This document shows, one piece after another, positions 24,782 through 32,781 of a stretch of DNA of 52,940 nucleotides; position 1 is the first letter of the stretch, and every line of letters begins with the position of its first letter. The notes below the pieces were generated by a model. That model was not told the origin of the DNA and did no database searches. It was given only the letters and a program-made list of their open reading frames with translations. The position numbers were made by a program, and so were the translations under genes. The DNA comes from a virus (taxonomy: Duplodnaviria > Caudoviricetes): positions 1-52,940 of IMG/VR virus record IMGVR_UViG_3300048587_001100; one strand, written 5' to 3'.

Positions 24782-26267
24782 TTTGCTTCAAAATAGGCCC
24801 TTCGGCGAGCACGTCGAAGGGCTTTCTCTTTTCAGTGACAAGACTTGTGGCGAACAATGTCTTGTTCAATAAAATCGCGTCCAATAGCGCACGGCGATCG
24901 TCTTTGTTTGAAACGCGCCATCGATCTGCCGCTTCCTGGGCCAAATCGAACGCCTTTACTGCCTGTTCAATTCCAGCCAGTGGCTTGGCCTTGCTGGTCT
25001 GCAACTCGGCGTCCACTCGCTCCATCTCCTGCTTGTGGAGCGTCGTCTTGGCCGTGAGCGTGTTTTTATCCACAGCCCCGGCCAGGTAGGCGTCCAACAG
25101 CCGCTGCTGCATCGACTCCAGGTCGGCCCGTCGCCGGCGGAGGTTCTTGATCCGGTCTTCTCGCAGCCGGACGTCGTCCTTGCAGGAGTCCACCAGCTTG
25201 CTGCGGAACCAAGCCCGGTCCTCTTCGTTGCTGATCCGCAGCGACTGCAGGTCGGTCAGGATGGCCTCTTCCAGTTGTTCTTCGCGCCAGCGGACCGTTG
25301 GGTGGTCCTTGTCGGGGTAGACGCTGGCACAGCGGTAGTAGACGTATTGGCGTTGGACGCCCCTCTTGTTGGCCCGGCGAACGCGTTCGGCGGTGATGCC
25401 GAAGCCACAGTGGCCGCAGACGAACATGTTGGCCGCCAGGTAGTGGTTGACCTTGTTGGTGCGGCGGTTCTTGCGTTTCAGGAGGCGCTGGCAGTGCTCG
25501 TAGGTGGCCTTGTCGACGATTGGCTCGTGCTTGCCCACGAAGTACTCGCCGCGGAACTGGACCAGGCCGGTGTAGTACGGGTTGTTGAGGATGTACGAGA
25601 CGGCGTTGCGGTGGAACCGGGGCTGGCTGGAGCGGTAGACGAAGCCTTCTCGCTCCATCTGGTCGCCGACCTGCTCGAAGGTCATGGTACCCGTGGCGTA
25701 CAACTCGAAGATGCGCCGCACCGCCGTTGTCTTCTCCGGGTGCGGCTGGACCGGTTGGTCGCGGTCGCTGGGCACGTTCATGTAGCCGTAGGCGGCCAGC
25801 CCGGGTGTCCAGCCCTGGCGGACGCGCTCCTCGATGCCCTTGAGCACCTCCTGGCGGAGGTTGTCCGAGTAGTACTGGGCGACGGCGGCCATGATGTTGA
25901 ACGACAGGGCGCCGGCGGCACCGGGCCCGAACTGGTTCTCCACGAAGGCCAGCTTGATGCCGTGGTTGTCCTCGAGCTCCTGCATGCGGACGGCGTCGCG
26001 CATGTTGCGGCAGATGCGGTCGAGCTTGTGGGCCAGGATGATGGCGATCTTGTGCTTGCGGGCGTTGGCGACGACCCACTTGAGCATCTGATTGAACACG
26101 ACGCGTTCAGCGCCGCGCTTAGCCGACTCGGCCACCACGAACTCGCGGACGACGTCCCATTGCTCGCGCTGGGCTTTCTCGCGAGTGATGCGGAGCTGGG
26201 CGTCGATCGAGTAGCCTTCCCGCTGCTCGCGCGACGATACCCGTGCCCAGATGACGCAGTTGGTCAT
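24762..26267 (-). CDS. Large serine recombinase (integrase of element 2)
   Basis: Catalytic WARVSS, KLDRICR; recombinase domain ILNNPYYTG...GKHEPIV; Zn ribbon CGHCG...YYRC; coiled coil; likely start ATG 26267. Confidence 0.92.
   Translation of the reverse strand: MTNCVIWARVSSREQREGYSIDAQLRITREKAQREQWDVVREFVVAESAKRGAERVVFNQMLKWVVANARKHKIAIILAHKLDRICRNMRDAVRMQELEDNHGIKLAFVENQFGPGAAGALSFNIMAAVAQYYSDNLRQEVLKGIEERVRQGWTPGLAAYGYMNVPSDRDQPVQPHPEKTTAVRRIFELYATGTMTFEQVGDQMEREGFVYRSSQPRFHRNAVSYILNNPYYTGLVQFRGEYFVGKHEPIVDKATYEHCQRLLKRKNRRTNKVNHYLAANMFVCGHCGFGITAERVRRANKRGVQRQYVYYRCASVYPDKDHPTVRWREEQLEEAILTDLQSLRISNEEDRAWFRSKLVDSCKDDVRLREDRIKNLRRRRADLESMQQRLLDAYLAGAVDKNTLTAKTTLHKQEMERVDAELQTSKAKPLAGIEQAVKAFDLAQEAADRWRVSNKDDRRALLDAILLNKTLFATSLVTEKRKPFDVLAEGPILKQSRGDRI
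24797..24832 (+). terminator. Terminator-like hairpin downstream of the tRNA 3' end, inside the recombinase CDS (antisense)
   Basis: GCCCTTCGGCG-AGCA-CGTCGAAGGGC followed by TTTCTCTTTT. Confidence 0.7.
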
Positions 26268-26530
26268 GGGTTCTGGCCTCCTTTCCAAAGCACCTGTGCC
26301 AATCGCTTGACGTTCATGAGAATCTCCACGGCCTCGGCGTCGGACAGGTCGCGTCCGTAGCGTGGCGACCAGTGTCGCCGCGTGTCCTGGACCATCGCCT
26401 CGGTGATCCATGCCGCCCCGGGCACGTTGCGGGCGGCTGCGGCGGTGGCGGACGGGACCGGCACCGGGGGCCGGTCACACCCTTGCTCATTCACCAACAC
26501 ATGTCCAGTCGAATCTTGGCCCGTTCGCAT
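26264..26530 (-). CDS. Small protein coupled to the serine recombinase (candidate directionality factor)
   Basis: AAGGAG SD; WITEAMVQDTRRHWSPRYGRDLSDAEAVEILMNV; ATGA overlap with the recombinase start. Confidence 0.7.
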   Translation of the reverse strand: MRTGQDSTGHVLVNEQGCDRPPVPVPSATAAAARNVPGAAWITEAMVQDTRRHWSPRYGRDLSDAEAVEILMNVKRLAQVLWKGGQNP

Positions 26531-26546
26531 GGGGTTCTCCTTGGAT

Positions 26547-27101
26547 TCAGGCGTGGTCCCGCTCATCGAAGTTGGGGTCGATCCAGGCCTCGAGGCCGGC
26601 ATCGGCGAAGACGCGTCGGATGCGCAAGATGGCCCGCGAGACGGTGTCGCGGCAGCAGCCCAGCTTGGCGGCGATGTCCTTGACGGTCAGGCCATGGCTC
26701 AGGCCGTCGCAGATGGCGCGGTCGCGTTCCGACAGCCGCTGCATGGCCGCGGCCAGGTCCATGCGCAGATCGACCGGCTCGGGCTGAGAGACGTGGTCGG
26801 GCCAGTTGTGACGGGCTGTGGCGGGCCGGCGCATCTGCTGCAGGTGCTCGATGTGGTTTTCGTATCGGCCCTTGGCTCGGAGGTAGGCGCAGATCTGGCG
26901 ATCGACCACGCTGGTGAGCACGGTGTTGCGTGAGGCGCCGTTGGAGCGGGCGGCGTCGAACTGGAACGCCGCGAGCTTGGGCACGATCTCCTGCTGCAGG
27001 TCATGAATCTCGTCGCTGCTGACGCGAAGCCGGCGAGCACGGCTCACGACGAGTCGCGACACGTTCTGGTCCACGATTCCGGCGTAGCTGTTCACGAGCA
27101 T
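26547..27101 (-). CDS. Sigma-70 (ECF-like) family factor
   Basis: HDLQQE...FDAARSNGASRNT (region 2); LSERDRAIC...GLTVKDIAAKLGCCRDTVSR (region 4). Confidence 0.8.
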   Translation of the reverse strand: MLVNSYAGIVDQNVSRLVVSRARRLRVSSDEIHDLQQEIVPKLAAFQFDAARSNGASRNTVLTSVVDRQICAYLRAKGRYENHIEHLQQMRRPATARHNWPDHVSQPEPVDLRMDLAAAMQRLSERDRAICDGLSHGLTVKDIAAKLGCCRDTVSRAILRIRRVFADAGLEAWIDPNFDERDHA

Positions 27102-27102
27102 G

Positions 27103-27293
27103 GCAGAGCCTTTCGAGTAAAGGGCCGCTGTTCCGTCGAGGCGCACATGCGGACTCGACGTGATGGCGGCCATGCTCTGCGCGGTACTGGGTCATGTATG
27201 TAGGCTCGGCGCTGCGCCGCGAACTTCATCTGCGCCACAGATGCGCCGCATTAGTGGGTCACGCTGCGCAGCGCCCAGCCCATATGTGGCGCA
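27103..27293. promoter_or_regulatory. Divergent control region: structured leader over the sigma RBS plus TGCGCC(A/G)C repeats
   Basis: Nested inverted repeats at 27103-27180; TGCGCCRC at 27213, 27231, 27242 and inverted at 27286. Confidence 0.5.
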
Positions 27294-27421
27294 TGTGTGT
27301 TTTCGGGGTCACATCTTTCTGACCGAGCAACTTCCGGGGGCAGCGGCAAACAACGGGGCAACCGCGTCGCGATCACGCCTGATCGGCGTCGCCGTGACAC
27401 ACACCCGTTGGAGAGCCACTG

Positions 27422-27748
27422 ATGCACGCCCCGTCCCAACCCGACGATCCAGCCCAACTCGATCAGGTCACAGACGAAGCCGACGACGCCAGCCAGGCCG
27501 TGTCGCAACGGCAGGTCTGTCTGCTGGAGGTGTGGAAGGCGCCGGGCCGCACCGCGGCCGAGATCGCTGTGACCGCAGGCCTGAAGCGTCACGTGCCGTC
27601 GCGGCGACTGCCTGAACTGCGGAAGGCGCGGCAGGTGAAGACCGGTCCGATTCGACTCTGCAGCGTCACCGGCAATCCCAGCATGACCTGGCTGCCCGTC
27701 GCCGGCGCTAGCGCCCACCTTGACCCGGAAATGGAGGTGGCGAAGTGA
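27422..27748 (+). CDS. Winged-HTH DNA-binding protein
   Basis: PGRTAAEIA...RHVPSRRLPEL...G..R.CSVTG...TW. Confidence 0.75.
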   Translation: MHAPSQPDDPAQLDQVTDEADDASQAVSQRQVCLLEVWKAPGRTAAEIAVTAGLKRHVPSRRLPELRKARQVKTGPIRLCSVTGNPSMTWLPVAGASAHLDPEMEVAK

Positions 27749-28569
27749 TTCCCACCAACCTCCCCATGCAGTTCATCTTCGAACCGGCCGAGACGTACCA
27801 CGCGGCGGCCGCGGACCACCTCAGCAGCCATCGCCTGGCCGACTTCCGGCGCTCGCCTCGGCTCTACCAGTGGAAGCAGATGGGTTGGGCCAAGGATCAG
27901 GACTGCAAGGCCTTCCAGTTGGGCCGCGCCACGCACACGCTGATCCTGGAGGGGCGCGAGAAATTCCTGGCTGAGTACGCCATCGGCGACGGTCCCATCA
28001 ACAAGACCACGGGCAAGCCGTTCAAGAGCGATTCCCAGGCGTATCAGCAGTGGGCGGAGGCGCAGGGCAAGCCGGTGCTCAGTGAGAAGGAAGCGCAGCA
28101 GATTGAGCAGCTCGCGGCCGGCGTGCTGTCGCACGATCTGGCCCGGGAGCTTCTGGTGCTCGGCGTTGCCGAAGCGGTACTGCGAGCGCGCTGGCACCAG
28201 GTGGATTGCCAGATCCGCGTCGATTGGTTCACGCACATGCCAGGGGCTTGCATCGTCGATCTGAAGACGACCGACCATCTGGACTACTTCGAGGTCGACG
28301 CCCGCAAGTTCGGCTACGTGCATCAGCTCGCCTTCTACCGCTCGATCGCAGCGACCGCGGCGGCCGTTGACCCGCGTGATCTGCCCGTGCACCTGATCGC
28401 CGTCGAGAAGCAGGTGCCTTACCGCTGCGGCGTGTGGCGCATGGGCGAGGACGTCCTGGCAGTGGCCCAAAAGGAAAACGAGGAGGCCGTCAAGCGGTTG
28501 CGCGATTGCCGCGCCCGCGACGTGTGGCCGACCGGCTACGAGGAGCTGCGCACCTTCGATTGGCTGTGA
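27745..28569 (+). CDS. RecE/exodeoxyribonuclease VIII-like PD-(D/E)XK nuclease
   Basis: YHA...LSS, G...H..ILE, RVDW, IVDLKT, YVHQLAFY. Confidence 0.88.
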   Translation: MIPTNLPMQFIFEPAETYHAAAADHLSSHRLADFRRSPRLYQWKQMGWAKDQDCKAFQLGRATHTLILEGREKFLAEYAIGDGPINKTTGKPFKSDSQAYQQWAEAQGKPVLSEKEAQQIEQLAAGVLSHDLARELLVLGVAEAVLRARWHQVDCQIRVDWFTHMPGACIVDLKTTDHLDYFEVDARKFGYVHQLAFYRSIAATAAAVDPRDLPVHLIAVEKQVPYRCGVWRMGEDVLAVAQKENEEAVKRLRDCRARDVWPTGYEELRTFDWL

Positions 28570-28691
28570 CTGCCTCTCCCGGGGGCTGGGGCCGGTGAAC
28601 GGCGTAAGCCCATGAACTGGTCCGCCGAGCTTCGCTTAGCCCCAGCCCCCATTCATGCACGACACACCACGATTTCAAGGAGCACACGAAC

Positions 28692-29492
28692 ATGAGCCTG
28701 CTATCGCAACTGCAAGTCGGTAAGCGCCCGGCCCCGCGACGCTGCATGGTCCACGGCGTCCAGGGGGTGGGCAAGAGCACCTTCGGCGCCAGCGCCCGCA
28801 ACCCTGTCTTCGTCCAGACCGAGGACGGACTGGGTGAGATCGACTGCATCAAGTTCCCCGTAGCCCAGTCGTTCAGCGACGTGATGAACGCGCTGACCGA
28901 GTTGCGGGCGCAGCCCCACGACTTTGAGACCGTGGTGCTCGATTCGCTGGACTGGCTCGAGCGGCTGATCTGGCAGGACGTCTGCGTCCGCAAGAACGTC
29001 AAGAACATCGAGGACATCGGGTTCCAGAAGGGCTACGTGTTCGCTCTGGACGAATGGCGGCAGTTCATCGCGGGGCTCGATGCCCTGCGCCGCGAACGCG
29101 GCATGGCCATCATCCTGATCGCCCACACCAAGATCGAGAAGTTCCAGACGCCCGAGGACTCGGCCTTCGACCGCTTCACCCCACGACTGCACAAGCTGGC
29201 CGCGGCCGTGGTGATGGAGTGGTGCGACGAGGTCTTGTTCGCCACCTACACCACCACCACCGATCCCAAGAAGGTGCGGAACATCACCGCGCCCGAGCGG
29301 GTGATGCGGACCTGCGAGGGTCCGACCCACGTGGCCAAGAACCGATTGGGCATGCCGTACGAGCTGCCGCTGGAGTGGGCGGCGTACGACTACTTCACCC
29401 GCCAAGCCCACCCCCGCCCCCGGGATCAGGGCAGCGAGCCCAGTGACACCGCGCCGTCGATGCCCGGGTCCGACACCCACCCTTCGAACTGA
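28692..29492 (+). CDS. AAA_24 ATPase (Sak4-like recombinase)
   Basis: GVQGVGKST, TVVLDSLDWLE, AKNR. Confidence 0.88.
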   Translation: MSLLSQLQVGKRPAPRRCMVHGVQGVGKSTFGASARNPVFVQTEDGLGEIDCIKFPVAQSFSDVMNALTELRAQPHDFETVVLDSLDWLERLIWQDVCVRKNVKNIEDIGFQKGYVFALDEWRQFIAGLDALRRERGMAIILIAHTKIEKFQTPEDSAFDRFTPRLHKLAAAVVMEWCDEVLFATYTTTTDPKKVRNITAPERVMRTCEGPTHVAKNRLGMPYELPLEWAAYDYFTRQAHPRPRDQGSEPSDTAPSMPGSDTHPSN

Positions 29493-29522
29493 CACACGCC
29501 TTTTGAACAAGGAGATTCGTTC

Positions 29523-29981
29523 ATGGCCAATCTCGATGGATTCAACGCAGCCCAGGTCGAACCGTCTCAGGATTTCGAGCCGATCCCCGCGGGCAAGTAC
29601 CTGGCGGTGATCACCGAGTCGGAGAAGAAGCCCACCAAGAGCGGCGATGGTCAGTACCTGCAGTTCACCTTCCAGGTGCTCGAGGGCCCGTACAAGGGTC
29701 GCCTGGTGTGGGCCCGGTTGAATCTCAACCACCCCAACCCCACCACGGTGCAGATCTCCCGCCAGCAGTTGTCGGCGATCTGCCGCGCCGTCGGCGTCAT
29801 GCAGCCCGGGGACAGCGTCGACCTGCACAACATCCCGTTGGTCATCACAGTCAAGCTCAAGCAGCGCAAAGACACCGGTGACCTGACCAACGAGATCCGT
29901 GGCTTCGCCAAGCGCGAGGGTGCGCCCAGCAGCGCCCAGCCCGCGCAGGCCACGAATCCCACGCCGCCCTGGCGGCGCTGA
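29523..29981 (+). CDS. DUF669 family protein (phage SSB-like)
   Basis: FEPIPAGKY...LSAICRAVG...NEIRGF...PPW. Confidence 0.88.
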   Translation: MANLDGFNAAQVEPSQDFEPIPAGKYLAVITESEKKPTKSGDGQYLQFTFQVLEGPYKGRLVWARLNLNHPNPTTVQISRQQLSAICRAVGVMQPGDSVDLHNIPLVITVKLKQRKDTGDLTNEIRGFAKREGAPSSAQPAQATNPTPPWRR

Positions 29982-30054
29982 TCGTGACGGTCCGATTCTG
30001 CGGGCCTCCCGCCGGCGCTTGCCGTCCGGCGGGAGGCCTTGCCGGACACAGCTG

Positions 30055-30402
30055 ATGCTGCAGGTCGAGCTGCCATTCCCGCCGTCGGTGAACCACTACT
30101 GGCGTTTGTGGCGCGGGCGGATCGTCATCAGCAATGAGGGCCGGGAGTACCGCAAGACCGTGGCCAGGCTGCTGCGTGACCGAAACGTCAAGCCCATGAC
30201 CGGGCAACTCGCCGTGGCTATCGCGGTCTTTCCGCCGGATCGGCGAAGGCGCGATCTCGACAACCTTTTGAAGAGCGTGAACGACTCGCTTCAGCACGGC
30301 GGCGCCTTTCCGGACGACAGCCAGATCGTCTGGCTGCTCATCAAGAAGGCCACTGTCGTTCCGGGCGGCATGGTCGTGATACGCATCAGGGAGAGACGAT
30401 GA
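30055..30402 (+). CDS. rusA: RusA-family Holliday junction resolvase
   Basis: LPFPPSVNHYWR, PDRRRRDLDNLLK..ND, DDSQI. Confidence 0.92.
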   Translation: MLQVELPFPPSVNHYWRLWRGRIVISNEGREYRKTVARLLRDRNVKPMTGQLAVAIAVFPPDRRRRDLDNLLKSVNDSLQHGGAFPDDSQIVWLLIKKATVVPGGMVVIRIRERR

Positions 30403-30656
30403 TTCAGGCCACGCAAGACAACTCGAAGGTTTCGCAGGCGGATCTGCTTGGCGCTGCCCTGCGGTACTGCGCGGTCGCCGATTGGTTTGAGTCACATCCT
30501 GCGGCGTGGCAGCGGCACATGACCCTGGCCGAGGCCATGGACGTGTTCAACCAGGCAGAAGCGGAGCTTCGCGCTCTGGGCTCGAAGGCCATGCGCCAGC
30601 ACGGGCACCGTGACCTGGTCCTGCAGGCGGTGGGTATCGCCGAGGAGGCGCGGTGA
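30399..30656 (+). CDS. Hypothetical protein
   Basis: 85 aa, translationally coupled at both ends. Confidence 0.6.
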   Translation: MIQATQDNSKVSQADLLGAALRYCAVADWFESHPAAWQRHMTLAEAMDVFNQAEAELRALGSKAMRQHGHRDLVLQAVGIAEEAR

Positions 30657-32437
30657 ACCTGTTCGCTCCCGAAGCGCCTGCCCAGAAACCGCTGACCCTG
30701 CGTCCGTACCAGGTGGCGGCGGTGGAGTCGGTCTACCGTCATCTGCGCGAACGGGATGACAACCCGTGCGTGGTGCTGCCCACGGCGGCGGGCAAGACCC
30801 CGGTCATGGCCACCATCTGCCGGGACACGGTCGCGCAATGGGGCGGTCGCATTCTCATCCTCGCGCACGTGAAGGAACTGCTCGAACAGGCGGTGGACAA
30901 GCTCCAACTCATGGCGCCGGACCTGTGCACTCCCCGAAACCAGATCGGCGTCTACTCGGCCGGGTTGCGCAGCCGCGACACCGAGCACCCCATCATCGTG
31001 GCCGGCATCCAGTCGGTGTATCGCCGCGCAGCCGAGCTCGACCGCTTCGATCTGATCTTGATCGACGAAGCGCACATGATCCCGCCCGACGGCGACGGGA
31101 TGTACCAGACCTTTCTGCGCGACGCCAAGGTCATCAATCCCCATCTCCGGGTGATTGGGCTGACGGCGACCCCGTTCCGCATGGCGTCGGGCCCGATCTG
31201 CGCGCCGCCCCCGCATGGCATTCTCAACAGCATCTGCTACGAGATCGGCGTCCGCGAACTAATCCGTGAGGGCTACCTGTCGCCCCTCAAATCCAAGAGC
31301 GGCCGGTACAAGCCCGACTTCCAAAACCTGCATGTGCGCGCCGGCGAATTTGTTCCGGGCGAAGTTGAGCAGCTGATGGATCAAGACCTGCTGGTCCAAT
31401 CGGCCTGCCGCGAGATTGTGGATGCCGTCCAGGGTGGTGGCCGGCGCTCATGCCTGGTCTTCGCCTCCGGCGTCGAACACGGCAAGCATGTCACTCGCGT
31501 CATTGAGCAGATGGCCAGGGCCGGCGCCGGAGGCACGGGCGAATGTGGCTTCATCGACGGCCAGACGCCCACGCTCTACCGCGACCATCTGATCCGGCGC
31601 TTCCGCGAGCGCGACCTGACCTATCTGGTCAATGTCAACGTGCTGACCACGGGCTTCGATGCCCCCAACGTGGACTGCGTGGCGTTGCTGCGGCCGACCA
31701 TGTCGCCCGGGCTGTATTACCAGATGGTGGGACGTGGCTTTCGGCTGTGCGAAGGCAAGACCGATTGCCTGGTGCTCGACTTCGGCGGCAACGTGCTGCG
31801 GCACGGCCCCGTCGATGCCATTCGCATCACGGAAGCGCCCGACCGGGGCAGCGGTGAAGCGCCGGCCAAGGAATGTCCCGAGTGCCAGGCCCTGATCGCC
31901 ACCGGGTACGCCACGTGTCCAGAGTGCGGCCACGTGTTCCCGCCACCCGATCGGCGCCGGCACGAGCCCAGCGCTGACACCACCGGCGTTCTTAGCGGAC
32001 AGGTCACCATCAGCGAGTACGAAGTGCGCCGCGTCTACTACAGCGTCCACGTGAAGCGCAACGCGCCCCCGGACGCGCCGCGGTCGATGCGCGTCGATTA
32101 CCAGATCGGATTCCACCAGACGCGCTCCGAGTGGGTATGCATCGAACACGGCGGTTACGCCCGGCAGAAGGCCGAAGCGTGGTGGCGCCTTCGATCGTGC
32201 CTGCCGCTGCCCGACAACGTGGAAGAGGCGGTGGAGTTGGCCAACGCCGGCGCCCTGGCCGAGACGCTGTCGATCAAGGTGCGCTCAGTCGCCGGCGAGA
32301 AGTACGACCGGATCGTGGACTGCGAGCTGGGTGCCAAGCCCGACCCGGCGGACCTAGCCCTGCCCGAGCCGCGGCATGTGGCCGCCGATGCCGATCTCGA
32401 GCCCTTGACCCTAGCGGACGACGAAATCCCGTTTTAG
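30653..32437 (+). CDS. SF2 DEAH helicase with Zn finger (RadD/YejH-like)
   Basis: LRPYQ, PTAAGKT, DEAH, TATP, LTTGFD, QMVGRGFR, CPEC...CPECG. Confidence 0.92.
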   Translation: MNLFAPEAPAQKPLTLRPYQVAAVESVYRHLRERDDNPCVVLPTAAGKTPVMATICRDTVAQWGGRILILAHVKELLEQAVDKLQLMAPDLCTPRNQIGVYSAGLRSRDTEHPIIVAGIQSVYRRAAELDRFDLILIDEAHMIPPDGDGMYQTFLRDAKVINPHLRVIGLTATPFRMASGPICAPPPHGILNSICYEIGVRELIREGYLSPLKSKSGRYKPDFQNLHVRAGEFVPGEVEQLMDQDLLVQSACREIVDAVQGGGRRSCLVFASGVEHGKHVTRVIEQMARAGAGGTGECGFIDGQTPTLYRDHLIRRFRERDLTYLVNVNVLTTGFDAPNVDCVALLRPTMSPGLYYQMVGRGFRLCEGKTDCLVLDFGGNVLRHGPVDAIRITEAPDRGSGEAPAKECPECQALIATGYATCPECGHVFPPPDRRRHEPSADTTGVLSGQVTISEYEVRRVYYSVHVKRNAPPDAPRSMRVDYQIGFHQTRSEWVCIEHGGYARQKAEAWWRLRSCLPLPDNVEEAVELANAGALAETLSIKVRSVAGEKYDRIVDCELGAKPDPADLALPEPRHVAADADLEPLTLADDEIPF

Positions 32438-32451
32438 CAGGAGACGAACGG

Positions 32452-32781
32452 ATGAACCAAAGATCGAGTCGAGCCATCAACCGCTCGTTGGCTGCCGCGA
32501 TCAAAACGTGCGCTGCGTGCGGACGTCTGATCAAGCAAGCGCAAGCACTGTCCCGAAAGGACGGCAATGCCGGCGCTTGGTTTGAAACGTGGCTGCAATG
32601 TTCGAAAGAGTACCGCGAGAAGCGGCTGCTGTTCCTGCTCATCTACGCCGAGGACATCGCGCGTGTGGCGCGGCAGGTGGGAATCAAGTGTGACGCGGAC
32701 CAGGTGACCCGCGAGCCATTCGACATCGCTATCAAGATCGACAAGGTGCTTCGGCGTCTCTCGATCTACTACCTCGCATGA
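32452..32781 (+). CDS. Hypothetical protein
   Basis: AGGAG SD; 109 aa; ATGA-coupled to the primase. Confidence 0.6.
   Translation: MNQRSSRAINRSLAAAIKTCAACGRLIKQAQALSRKDGNAGAWFETWLQCSKEYREKRLLFLLIYAEDIARVARQVGIKCDADQVTREPFDIAIKIDKVLRRLSIYYLA

Noticed and set aside
25066-25074. Second perfect DnaA box TTATCCACA
   Set aside because: Single copy inside the recombinase CDS with no origin-like context; likely chance.
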